This document shows, in pieces, positions 22,271 to 34,500 of a stretch of 64,000 nt of DNA. This DNA comes from Okamejei kenojei. Lineage: Eukaryota. Location of the stretch: contig CM069154.1 in assembly GCA_035221665.1 (NCBI GenBank), forward strand, positions 2,480,001-2,544,000, read 5' to 3'. Position numbers and translations under genes: made by a program. A model generated the notes under the pieces. It was not told the DNA's origin, did no database searches, and saw nothing but the letters and a program-made list of their open reading frames with translations. Within the stretch, counting starts at the first letter, position 1. Each line of letters starts with the position of its first letter.

Positions 22271-24114
22271 ACCTCTCTGCCCACTCTCCCAACCTGTCCA
22301 AGTCCTCCTGTAGAGACTCCACCTATTTTTGTATCCCTTTAATACCATGGGCACTCATCTTCCTTAGCAGCCTCACGTGTGGCACTTTATCAAAGGCTTC
22401 CGAAGGGGAGTTCAGAACCAGGGTAACAGTTTAAGAATAAGGGGGTAGTCCATTTAGGACTGACATGAGGAAAAAAAATCACCCAGAGAGTTGTGAATCT
22501 GTGGAATTCTCTGCCACGGAAGGCAGTGGAGGCCACTTCACTGGATGTTTTCAAGAGAGAGTTAGATTTAGCTCTTAGGGCTAACGGAATCAAGGGATTT
22601 GCGGAAGAGCAAAAAGCAGGACTTGGACTGGGTAGTGATTTTGGATGATCACTTTGCAAAAACAGGAAAGCAGACTATTATTTAAATGGTGGCCGATTAG
22701 GAAAAGGGGAGATGCATATTGAATGGCGGTGTTAGCATGCTTGAACAGGAGCTGAATGCCCTGCTCCTCCGCCTATTTTCCATGTTTCTATGTTTCTGTG
22801 ACTCGCTGGAGCCACAACACAGCTTAGGATGTGTGGGGCACTCTCTGCCACAGAGGGTTTGTCAACTGTCGGGACATCTTTGATGCAGCCACAATTCGTT
22901 AGTAATTAACGGAATGGCGGTGCTGCTTGACTCTAACCACACAGAGGACAAGTCTGGGCACCACTCTGTGAACGACAATGTTTGCTTGACACCAGTTTGT
23001 ATTGGGGTGGCACAGTGGTAGCATAGCTGTAGAGTTACTGCCTCACAATGCCAGAGACCCGGGTTCGATCCTGACTACGGGTGCTGCCATTAAAGTTTTT
23101 GCATGTTCTCCCAATGACAATGGCCAGACCCTTTTCACCAGAAGAGAAATACCAATTACCACAGGACATCAGACAGACAGTTTGAGTAGATCATCAGAAC
23201 AATTTTCCCAGGGTGGGAATGTAGAGGGCAGAGCTTTAAGGTGAGAGGGGCAAAGTTTAAATGAGATGTGCGGGGCAAGTTTTTTTTACACGGAGAGTGG
23301 TGGGGGCCTGGAACGCGCTGCCAGGGGTGGTGGTGGAGACAGATACGATAGTCGTGTTTAAGAGGCTTTTAGATTGGCACATTGACATGTAGGGAATGGA
23401 GGGATACGGATCACGTGCAGGCAGAGATTAGTTTAACCTGTCTGCAGGTGAATGGTGGAATCTGGGAGAAATTGAAAACCATATAGGGAGAATAAAGTTG
23501 GATTAGATTAGTGTACGATTTGTGTAAATGGATGGCTGATGGATGGCATGAACACAAAGGGTCTGTGTCTCTCTGAAAACAAGATTGTGCAAAAGCTTGA
23601 AAGGTAAGTAACTGCACGTGACTGTGACATTCATATTGATGTGTTCCTTCCCTCTGGAAGGCGACACCGGACTGTCGAAGCTCAACATCTTTTTTTCCAT
23701 GAGCAGTAGCTCTACTCAACAACCAGAAATCTGTAGCCTCCTTGTGCTCTGGTATTTTATGTCATTCTTCACATGTTGAAATTGTAATGTTTCATTCCTA
23801 ATTGTTAACTGTATATCGTGTTGTTACTTGCGAGCAAAGCACCGAGTCAAATTCTTGTATGTATACATACTTGGCTAATACCACTTATTCAATTCAATTC
23901 ATAGCAACAGAAATTGCTGACTTTAATTAATAAACTGTTTATCAGGATGAGGGGAATTTTGAAGGATGAGGGGGTGGGGACCTCATTGAAACTTACCGAA
24001 TAGTTAAAGGCCTGGGCAGAGTGGATGTGGAGAGGATGTTGCCATTATTTACGGAGTCCAGGACCAGAGGGCACAGTCTCAGAATAAAGGTAAGTAACTT
24101 TAGGAAGGAGATGT

Positions 24115-24985
24115 GACCTGGACAGGTTGAGTGAGTGGGCAGATGCGTGGCAGATGCAGTATAATATACATAAATGTGAGGTTATTCACTTTGGCGGCAA
24201 AAAAGGGGGCAGATTATTATTTCAATGGCGTTAGGTTAGGTAAGGGGGAGGTACAGCGAGACCTGGGTGTCCTTGTACACTGGTCACTGAAAGTTGGCGT
24301 GCAGGTAGAGCAGGAAGTGAAGAAAGCTAATGGAATGTTAGCCTTCATAACAAGAGGATTTCAGTATAGGAGTAAAGAGGTTCTTCAGCATTTATATAGG
24401 GCTCTGGTGAGACCACATCTGGAGTATTGTGTACAGTTTTGGTTTCTAATTTGAGGAAGGACATCCTTGTGATTGAGGCAGTGCAGCGTAGGTTCACGAG
24501 ATTGACCCCTGGGATGGCGGGACTGTCATATGAGGAAAGATTGAAAAGACTAGGCTTGTATTCACTTGAGTTTAGAAGGATGACGGGGGGATCTTATAGA
24601 AAAATTATAAAAAGGACTGGACAAGCTAGATGCAGGAAAAATGTTCCCAATGTTGGGCGAGTCCAGAACCAGGGGCTACTCTTAGAATAAAGAGGAGGCC
24701 ATTTACGATTGAGGTGAGAAAAAACTTTTTCACCCAGAGAGTTGTGAATTTGTGGTATTCCCTGCCACAGAGGGCAGTGAGGGCAAGTCACTGGATTGAT
24801 TTAAGAGAGAATTAGATAGAGCTCTAGGGGCTAGTGGAATCAAGGGATATGGGGAGAAGGCAGGCACGGGTTATTGATTGGGGACGATCAGCCATGATCA
24901 CAATGAAACGTGGTGCTGGCTCGAAGGACCGAATGGCCTCCTCCTGCACCTATTTTCTATGTTTCTATGTTACTATGTTTCTATG
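24115..24985 (+). mobile_element. CR1 LINE 3' fragment (duplicate at ~48860-49740)
   Basis: RT C-terminal peptide DLGVLVH..KKANGMLAFI..LYRALVRPHLEYCVQFW..EAVQRRFTR; (TTTCTATG)n tail. Confidence 0.88.
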
Positions 24986-25981
24986 AGATGAGGAGGAATT
25001 TCCTTAGGGTTAGGGTGGTGAATCTGTGGAATTCATTGCCACAGACGGCGTGGAGGCCAAGTCATTGGGTATTTTTAAAGTGGAAATTGACAGATTCTTG
25101 ATTAGTACAGATGTCAGAGGTTATGGGCAGAAGGCAGGAGAATGGGGTTGAGAGGGAGAGACAGATCAGCCATGATTGAATGACGGAGTACACTTGATGG
25201 GGCAAATGGCCTAATTCTGATCCTGGAACTGATGTACTGACACAAATTACGTTGTTATATGCTTGAAATTATGACTTTATTTTATTGTTTTAACAGTAAA
25301 CAATTATCCTTGTGATGGACAATCGATGGTGGAAGTCCCAAGTTGTTTGGCAAGCGCAGTCTGCAACAGAAAGATCATCATTAGATTTCTCAAAACCAGG
25401 AAGGATGTCTACACATCAGATCAAAAAAATATCTATAGTATGTCTTTTTTTTAAAGTTTCTAGTTTAGTTTAGTTTATTATTGTCACGTGTACCGAGGCG
25501 CAGTGAAAAGTTTTTTTGTTTGCGTGCTATCCTGTCAGCGGAAAGACTACACATGATTACAGTCGAGCCGCCCACAGTGTACAGATACAGGATGAAGGGG
25601 TTAACGTTCAGTGCGAGGTAAAGTCCAGTAAAGTCCGATCAGAGATAGTCCAAAGAGTGATGGGGCTACACAGCAGGGAGACAGGCCGTTCAGTGCATAC
25701 CTGACCCTCACTCATTTCCCCAACATTCCCATCAGTTCTCCCCAGATTCCATCCCTCACCTACCCACGAGGGCAATTTACAGAGGGCCTGTCAACCTACA
25801 ACCCTGCGCGACTTTGGGAGGAAACCGGAGCTCCTGGAGAAAAATCCAAACGGTCATGGGGAGAACGTGCAAACTCCGTCACCCAGAGAGTTGTGAATCT
25901 GTGGAATTCCCTGCCACAGAAGGCAGTGGAGGCCAATTCACTGGATGCTTTCAAGAGAGAGTTGGATATAGCTTTTAGGGC

Positions 25982-27872
25982 CAGGAGTGCAGTGCTGCCG
26001 GAGGGCACCCCTGTAAAAAACAAACAAAATAATGGGGAATTTTAATGAGCAGGTGTGTGTGGGTGAGGTAACCTCATTAAAAGAGGGGGAAGGGGAAGAC
26101 CCATCACTACTGATGGGTTTTCAATCACTACTGATGGATCTTCCCTATAGGAGTGTGGGTTTGGGGGGGCACTAGGACCCAGCAGAGTCATCACTACTGA
26201 TGGGTCTTCCCTATAGCGTACGGAGGGGGGGGGGGGCACTAGGACCCAGCAGAGTCATCACCACTGATGGGTCTTCCCTATAGGGGAGTGGGGGGGTGAG
26301 GCACTAGGACCCAGCACAGTCATCATTACTGATGGGTCTTCCCTATAGGGGAGTGGGGGGGTGAGGCACTAGGACCCAGCACAGTCATCATTACTGATGG
26401 GTCTTCCCTATAGGGGAGTGGGGGGGTGAGGCACTAGGACCCAGCACAGTCATCATTACTGATGGGTCTTCCCTATAGGGGGGTTGGGGGGGGGGCACTA
26501 GGACCCAGCACAGTCATCATTACTGATGGGTCTTCCCTATAGGGGGGTTGGGAGGGGCACTAGGACCCAGCAGAGACGAGCCACGTGCTGTCTGCTTCGT
26601 GGCGGTTAGTTGTGGGCCTCGTGATGTGCCTGGACCTCTGGTGAGGTGAGTGTCGGCTCCGCCCGCTGGTGGCCGCTGGGGAGGGGAGGCGACGGTCGGC
26701 GGAGTCGCTGGCGGAGGCCCGTAGATAGAGATACGCGTCGGCGGCAGCAGCATCGATGGCCGGGGAGGCAGTGGGTTTTGTTGCTGCTCCTGGCGGTGGC
26801 CATTTCCGCCTCATGAGGGTGAGCGTGCGTCGATGTAGCAACGCTACAAAACTTTGAGATTTAAAAAATCAAGTCTGCAATTTATCCCATCAGATAAAGC
26901 ATAAACACAAGTTTAATTTGACACCTAATTCACTTTCATATCTTCAATATTAAAAAAGTTATGGCCATTTTCATACTCTGAAATTAGCATCTTGTTCCCT
27001 ATTGCTTTTCCATTAACTTAACACAAAAGCTGTGATCAAGGACAGTTAAAAGCCCATAACTTTTTTTTTTAAATTAAGAGAACTGAATGAAAATTTCAGT
27101 ATTTATAGATTGAAGCATTCTGAAACAAATATGAAACAATCTTACTTGAATGACCTGAAATTAAAACATATAATTAGTTAGTTACCTAATTGTAGCTAAT
27201 TACAAAATTCAATTACTAGACCTAAACATCTATCCATTTCTTAAGAAAAGGTTAACATTTTTAAAAAGTGTCCAGATAACATTCACACAGGAATTCACAA
27301 TATAATATGATTTTTAAATCTCATTGTCATGAATTTATAGGCTAAATTGAAGGAATTTAGTGTTTAATTCCCGTAAATTAATGGCCATTTAAATCATCTT
27401 GCGAGTGGGTTTTTGTGGAACGTGAAGGATTGGAACTTTGCGGTTTTGTGGTGAATTTAACCCCCAGTCGGCAGGAAAAATACTGACGGTTCGTATATTT
27501 TTAAAGTCACCTTTTCGCAACACGAAATTTTGATTAAAGGCTTCCTAAGAAGCACGTGTTTATGTAAAAATAAACTGTGTACCTTCTTTTGTCCCCTACG
27601 TAAGATCCGTCCGTTGTCAGCGTAGACGGCTTTAGAAGATGATTTTTAATTCACTCTAGCTATTAAATTATTCAGCGCAGTTTAAAAATACCTTCATAAA
27701 ACAAATGTCGGAGCAATTTCTCTTCAGCAACTAAATCCCCTGAGATTAATCGATTTGAAATAGTCTGGAGTAAATGACATTTTAGAGAAAGTTGAAAGAC
27801 CTGCAGCGCCGCTGAAGGTAGGTTTTATAACATACCTAGTCAGTGTGTGTCAGTGGGTGAGAGTGTGTGTGT
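25982..27872. mobile_element. Unclassified ~1.9-kb insertion carrying a minisatellite (duplicate at ~50739-52492)
   Basis: Interrupts a CR1-tail repeat that is contiguous in the inverted homologue at 3100-3260. Confidence 0.55.
26095..26575. repeat. ~65-bp G-rich minisatellite, 7 units (5 units at 50850-51205)
   Basis: CTAGGACCCAGC at 26172, 26239, 26304, 26369, 26434, 26498, 26560. Confidence 0.92.
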
Positions 27873-28581
27873 GGGCCGAATAGACTACTCCCGCACCTAT
27901 TTTTTTCTAATTCCACACATGGACAGCTCCAGTAGTCAGGATTGAACCCGTGTCTCTGGAGCTGCGAGGCAGCGGCTTGACCCGCTGCACGGCTACATTC
28001 TCTGGAGCATTTTCTGGAATGGTCGCCTGTTTCCTGGCCTGTTGGTTCCCTTGCCCACCGCCACCACCACAGTCTTCACCCAGAGAGGAGGTGGCACGGT
28101 GGCGCAGCGGTAGACATACCACTTACATATCTTACAGCACCATAGGCCCGGGTTCCATCCTGACCTCGGGTGCTGTCTGTACAGAGTTTGCACGTTCTCG
28201 CTGTGACTGCGTGGTTTTTCTCCGGCTGCTCCGGTTTCCTCCCACATTCCAAAATCATACAGGGTTGTCGGTTAATTGGCTTCTGTAATTTGTAAACTGT
28301 CCCTAGTGTGTTGGATAGTGCTAGTGATCGCTAGTCGGTGTGCTCGATGGGCCGAAAGGCCTGTTTTCGCGCTGTTTCTCTATAGACTAGAGGTGAAAAT
28401 ACTATGACCAATGAATGTTTAGGGTGGCCAGTCACATACTACTCTTGTGTTTCTTACCCCACGAGCATTAGGGTCAAGTAGGGTCAGTATGGACTTGTTG
28501 GGTTGAAGGGCTGGTTCGGAGATGTATGACACGATGCCTAGTATTGAGTGTGAGGTAGGTAAGCAGTCTCACCTTCTGCCA

Positions 28582-31500
28582 TTAAGGCCAGTTGCAGCAT
28601 TTACAGGATGAATCAAAGACTAATCCTGCGGCACAGCTCTTCAGGTAGGTCCGACCATCATCGCACTGGTAGAACTTGCTCTTGTCCTTGGGATCGGGGA
28701 AGGTACCGTTCGCTTTGCCCTTACAGAAGCCACTGCCTCCACCACTGCTGCCTCCACCACCGCTGCCTCCACCACCGCTAGGAGCATCAGTAGGTGGGAC
28801 CGCTGGCTTCAATGTTGTCTTGGATGGGACGCAAGCTGCAAAGAAACACAGTTCGTTATGTTCTCCTAAAGTCTTAGAAGAATTAGACGATTTGGCCCAT
28901 TGACTTACTCCACCATTCAATCATGGTTGATCTATCCCTCCCTCTCAACCCCATTCTCCTGCCTTCTCCCCATAAACCCTGACACCCAAACTAGTCAAGA
29001 ATCTGTCGATCACCGCCTTAGAAAATACCTGTTGACTTGGCTTCCGCATCCGTCTTAGTTCATGTAGAAACAAGAAACCACAGATGCAGATCTACAAAGT
29101 GTGAATATCCCAGTCAATGGGATAATGCCACTGAACCCCCCTCTCATCAACTCCAGAGGGGTCCTGACCTCGCATCTACCCCAGATGCTGATCCATAAAA
29201 AGAGACACAATGTGCTGGAGTAACTCAGTTGCTTGTTCCCTATACCCACCACCCTCTGTGTGGAAAACGTAGCTATCATTCCTAGTCCTACCACTATCTG
29301 CCTCCACCACCACCCCCGGTAGCGTGTTCCCGGCACCCACCACCCTCTGTGTGAAAGACGTGTCCAGCACATCTCCATTACCTCCAGAGATGCCAAGGCC
29401 TGAGTGCAGAGTGTTGATGAGAGGGTAGGGTCCCTGATGACAGAAGGCACCAGAGAAGTCATCCAGAGCCAGATCCCAGACCATAGCTCCTCCAAGTTGT
29501 TCTTCTTCAGCCACTCAACCTGGAAGACACAGTTCACAACTTTACACCAGCATCCCTGGCTCAATAATGGCTTCTACGATGCGCCGTAGAAAGCTTTTTT
29601 ATCGGGATTCATCACAGCACGGTTTGGGAATGACTCCATCCAAAACCCGCAGGAAATTGCAGCAGTTGCTGACGCAGCCCAGACCATCACGTAAACCAAC
29701 CTCCCTTCCATTGACTTCATCTACACCTCACGTTGCTTTCAGCAAGGCCACCTGCATAATCGAGGACCAGTCTCACCCCAGCACCAGAGAAATAAAAACA
29801 GAAATTCCAAGTTTCCCCGATGTGAATCCTAACCCCTTTCTCCTGCCTTCTCCCCATAACCCTGACACCTGAACACCATGAGTTTATGGTGAGCTGGAAT
29901 ATTTTGCAGAATGTAATGACAAAAGATTCTAAGGATTTTGAAGGATTCTGGAGTTCACTGTTTGAAACTCTGCAGTAGATATTGAGATAAACGAGACCCT
30001 GATGGCTCACGTGGAAAGGGTGGAACTTCGATGGTCAGCTGTACCTTGTCTCCGAAGCTCTTGATGTTGTCATAGCCGACCCATATTCCATCCTTGAAGG
30101 CGTACGGGGTGTCCTGAGGGGCGTTCCATACGGCGGTGGCACCGTTCAGGAACCCGCAGATCTGTCCAGAGACGGAGATGTTAAGGACCAATCTTGTCGA
30201 GGTGGAAAAAAATCATGAGAGGAACCGATCAGGTAGATGCAAAGTGTCTCTTGCCCAGGGTCAGGGGAATCGAGAACCAGAGGACATAAGGTGAGGGAGA
30301 AAGATTTAATAGGAACGGTGCTGGTTCGAAGGGCCGAATGGCCATCTATTGTCTATTAAACCTGAGGGGTAACCATTTGACACCGTGGGTGGTGATAGTG
30401 ACAAAGGCTGGAGGGGAACAGAAGACAAAGTAGTGTCAGATACTGAGCGGAGAGGAGCAGATGTAGAGAGATGCGCAAAGCGAGTAGGAAAGAGGAGAGA
30501 GATATGTGAAGAGAAGAGAGAAAGAAATGAAAGAGGATAGGAGAGAAAGATATATAAAGACAGGAAAGAGAGATATGTCCAGAAAGTGGAGGAGAGAGAT
30601 GTAAAGCGGGAGGGAGGGATGTGGAGAGAAGGAGATAGCGGGGAGGGCAAAGATTAAGGGGAGGATAGAAGGGAAGTGGGGATTTCTGAGAGGAGAGGAG
30701 GGGAACGGAGAACGGGGTGGGCGATGTTTCGGATGGCGATCCATTCCTCATGTGTCCATCTATGTTGTGTGTGGTTATTCAGTATTGGATTGGAAGATAA
30801 CATTGAGCTAAAGGGCCGCGCGGTTGGAATGGTCGGTAGGTACAGTACCTCATAGTAGGCCAGGAAGCCGGCTTGGCGGGTGTATTTGCCGGCTGGTCCA
30901 GCGCCTCCTGCTGGGGCACCCACAGCCGTGCTGGACGAGGTCAGTCTGAAGGTGTGTCCATAGGTGGGGAAGCCCACATTCAACTTGTCCACTGGAGCCC
31001 CTTGCTCTTCCAGTAGTTCATGCGTATTCCTGCAGGGACACAGTTGGCATCAAAGGACTTTAGGCTCATGTTTAAGTTTATTATTGTCACGTGTACCGAG
31101 GCACAGTGAAAAGCTTCCAAACAGATCAGATAATACCGTACATAAATACAATCAAATCAAACTCGGGTACAATAGGTGGAGCAAAGGGGGAGATACAGAG
31201 AGCAGAATATAGTTCTCAGCATCGTAGCGCATCAGTTCCACAGACAAAGCCCAATGTCCGCAATGGGGTAGAGGTGAATCGGACAGTACCCTAGCTTATG
31301 GAAGGACCGTTCAGAAGCCTGATAGCAGAGGGGAAGGAGCTGTTCCTGAGTCTGGTGGTGCGCGCTTTCAAGCTTCTGTACCTTCTGCCGGACGGAGCAG
31401 GGGAGAAGGAGGAATGAGCGGGCTGGGACAAGTCTTTGATTCTGTTGGCTGCTTTTCTGAGGCAGTGTGAAGTGTAGATGGAGTCAATGGTGGGGGAGTG

Positions 31501-34500
31501 TGGTCTGTGTGATGGACTGGGCTCCATCCACAACTCTCTGCAATTTCTTGTGGTCTTGGGCTCAGAGCTGTTCCCAAACCTAGTTGTGATGCAACCCCAC
31601 AGTCTGCTCTCCGTGGTGTATGGAACAGTTATATGGACTCGGCAAAATGGGTTTGCCAATTCGGAGAGAGGAAATGAAAAAGTTGAGCAGAATTTATTTT
31701 TCTTGCGCACTTACCACATTGAAATGGGTGTTGGTGTAATCCTTGTCATTAGGCAGGGCATAGAGGGGGCTGTTCTCTCCAGTAACGTGGCTCCAGGGAC
31801 CATAGAAATCATAGGTCATCACGTTGAAGAAGTCAACCACCCTGCAAGAGAGGAGACCGGGGTCACCCTGATACTCCATGCACCAAATTAACATCAGAAC
31901 CCAGAGCAGTACAACACACGTGAACAGGCCCTTCTACCCACAATGTCTATGCCAAACACATGACGGCAAGATAAACTCATCTCCTCTGTCTGCACGTGAT
32001 CCGTATCCCTCCATTCCCTGCATATCTACGCGTCTATCCACAAGCCTCTTAAACATCGCTATCTTGCTTCCACCACCACTCCTGGCAGTGCGTTCCAGGC
32101 ACCCACCACCCTCTCTGTAAAAAAAACATTCACATCTCCTTTAAACTTGAACATGATGCCAAGTCCATCACTTATCACCACATCACCAACATCCCTCCAT
32201 GCCCGGCATTATCATGTGCCCATCTAAAGGTCGTTTACATGCCACTAAGGTATCTACTTCAACCACCACCCCAGCAGGTTCTGACTGTCTACCCTATCTA
32301 TGCCTCTAGTGATTTTAAAAAACTTCTATCAAGCCTCTCCTTCAACCTCTGACGTTCCAGAGGAAACAATGCAAGTTTGGCCAACCTCTCCCTGTAGTGA
32401 ATCCCCTCTAACCCAGGCAGCGTTCTGGTAAATCTCCTCTCCAAAGCCTCCACATCCTTCCTGTAATGGAGACGACCAGACCTGCACGCAATGCTCTAAA
32501 TGCCTCCTGGCTAAAGACCGCCAGAGCTGCAAGTTGGCTTCCTGACTCTCACACTCAATGCCCCGAACGGTGAAGGCATTGAATGCATTAGGGTTGTGGA
32601 TGGATCTCAATCAACGTGAAATTCTGGAGCGATGAAAAACTAGTTCAAATATAACGTAAACTCACTAAACTCCCGAGATGAAAGCCCAAAGAAAAGTTGG
32701 GTTTCTTTGCGTGTGGAAGGACACTCACTTGCCGAGCTGAGGAACCTCGTAGCCAGTATCAATGTTGCTCATCCCACCAGCAACGGCAGCTGAGAGCAGC
32801 AGTCGTGGCTGTCCTGTGCTTTTTCCCTCGGCCTCGAACGCAGCCATCAGCTCCTGTGGGTCAGAGAGATTGAGGACTCCTTTACCAAGAGGTCAAGTCT
32901 AGTCTTAGGAAGGGTCCCGACCCGAAACGTCATCTATACCTTTTCCCCAGAGATGCTGCCTGACCCGCAGTGTTACTCCAACACTTTGTGTCAATTTCAA
33001 GTTTGGTTTTGGTTAGTAATGCAGCGTGGAAACAGGCCCTTCGGCCCATCGAGTCCACGCCGACCAGCGATTACCCTTTCACTCTAGTTATATCCTACAT
33101 TCTTGGGACAATTTACTGAAGCCAATTAACCTACAAACCCACACATATTTGGAGTGCGGAAGGAAACCAGGGCGCCTGAGGTCATGGGGTGAACGTACAA
33201 ACTCCGTACAGACAGCATCCATGTTCAGGATCGAACCCGCGTCTCTGGCGCTGCGAGGCAGCAACTCTACCCCTGCACCACCGTATCGCCCAAGAGTGGG
33301 GACGAAACCTTTTAATCCCCACTCAAAATGGTGCTTGGATCAAATTTGATTAAACTCTTAATTTCTGAATTCTTAAATTCCTTTGTGTAATCTGTGAAAA
33401 TCTGTCCTTGGTGATCTTGACAACAAGGTTACATTTATTGGACAAATTTGCAAGTCATAGAGCTATGCAGCGTGGCAACAGACCCTTTGACCTGCCCACA
33501 CTGACCAATATGTCCCATCTACACTAGCCCCACAAAGTGCTGGAGTAACTCAGCGGGTCAGGCAGCATCTGTGGAGAACATGGATAGGTGACGTTTCACA
33601 GAGTGCTGGAGTAACTCAGTGGGTCAGGCAGCATCTGTGGAGAACATGGATAGGTGACGTTTCACAGAGTGCTGGAGTAACTCAGCGGGTCAGGCAGCAT
33701 CTGTGGAGAACATGGATAGGTGACATTTCACCGAGTGCTGGAGTAACTCAGTGGGTCAGGCAGCATCTGTGGAGAACATGGATAGGTGACGTTTCACAGA
33801 GTGTTGGAGTAACTCAGCGGGTCAGGCAGCATCTGTGGAGATAAAGCCTGAGTTTGGCCCATTTTTGTTTAACGAAACCATAGTGAGATGTACTTGACCG
33901 CACCTGAGCCAGAACAGTGTAGAGATGCTTGTCAACGGGAGGACTTCCTCGAGATCCAGGATATTCCCAGTCGATGTCCAGACCGTCAAAGTTGTACCCT
34001 CTCAGGAAGGCGATGACTGACTTGATGAAGATTTGCCGAGTTCCTGATGAGGCAACCATCGCGGTGAATCTGCAGGAGGGGTGAATGTGGGAACAGGAGT
34101 TAGAAATGAAATGTGCCGGAGACACAAGGAAAGGCCGCTGTACTCAGTGACCCAGTGACCCTGCTGTTATATCCTATCATGTACAGATTCACCCACGCCT
34201 TTGTTAAATGCTCAAGTGGTTAAAAAATTACATGTGAAATTATTCTTTTTGAAAATGAAGTTTAGTTTAGTTTTAGAGATACAGCGCAGAAACAGGCCCT
34301 TCGGCCCATCCAGTCTGCACCGACCAGCGATCCCCGCACACTAACACTATCCTACACACACAAGGGACAATTTACATTTATACCAGGCCAATAAACCTAC
34401 AAATGTGTACGTCTTTGGAGTGTGGGAGCAAACTGAAGATCTCTGAGAAAACCCAGGCGGTCACAGGGAAAACGTACCAACTCCACACAGACAGCACCCG

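Noticed and set aside
26095-26575. CRISPR-like array
   Set aside because: Units are head-to-tail without unique spacers; eukaryotic minisatellite with no cas genes.
30306-30751. Ser/Leu/Phe-rich ORFs (also 13269-13703 and 54930-55434)
   Set aside because: They come from low-complexity purine/pyrimidine tracts.
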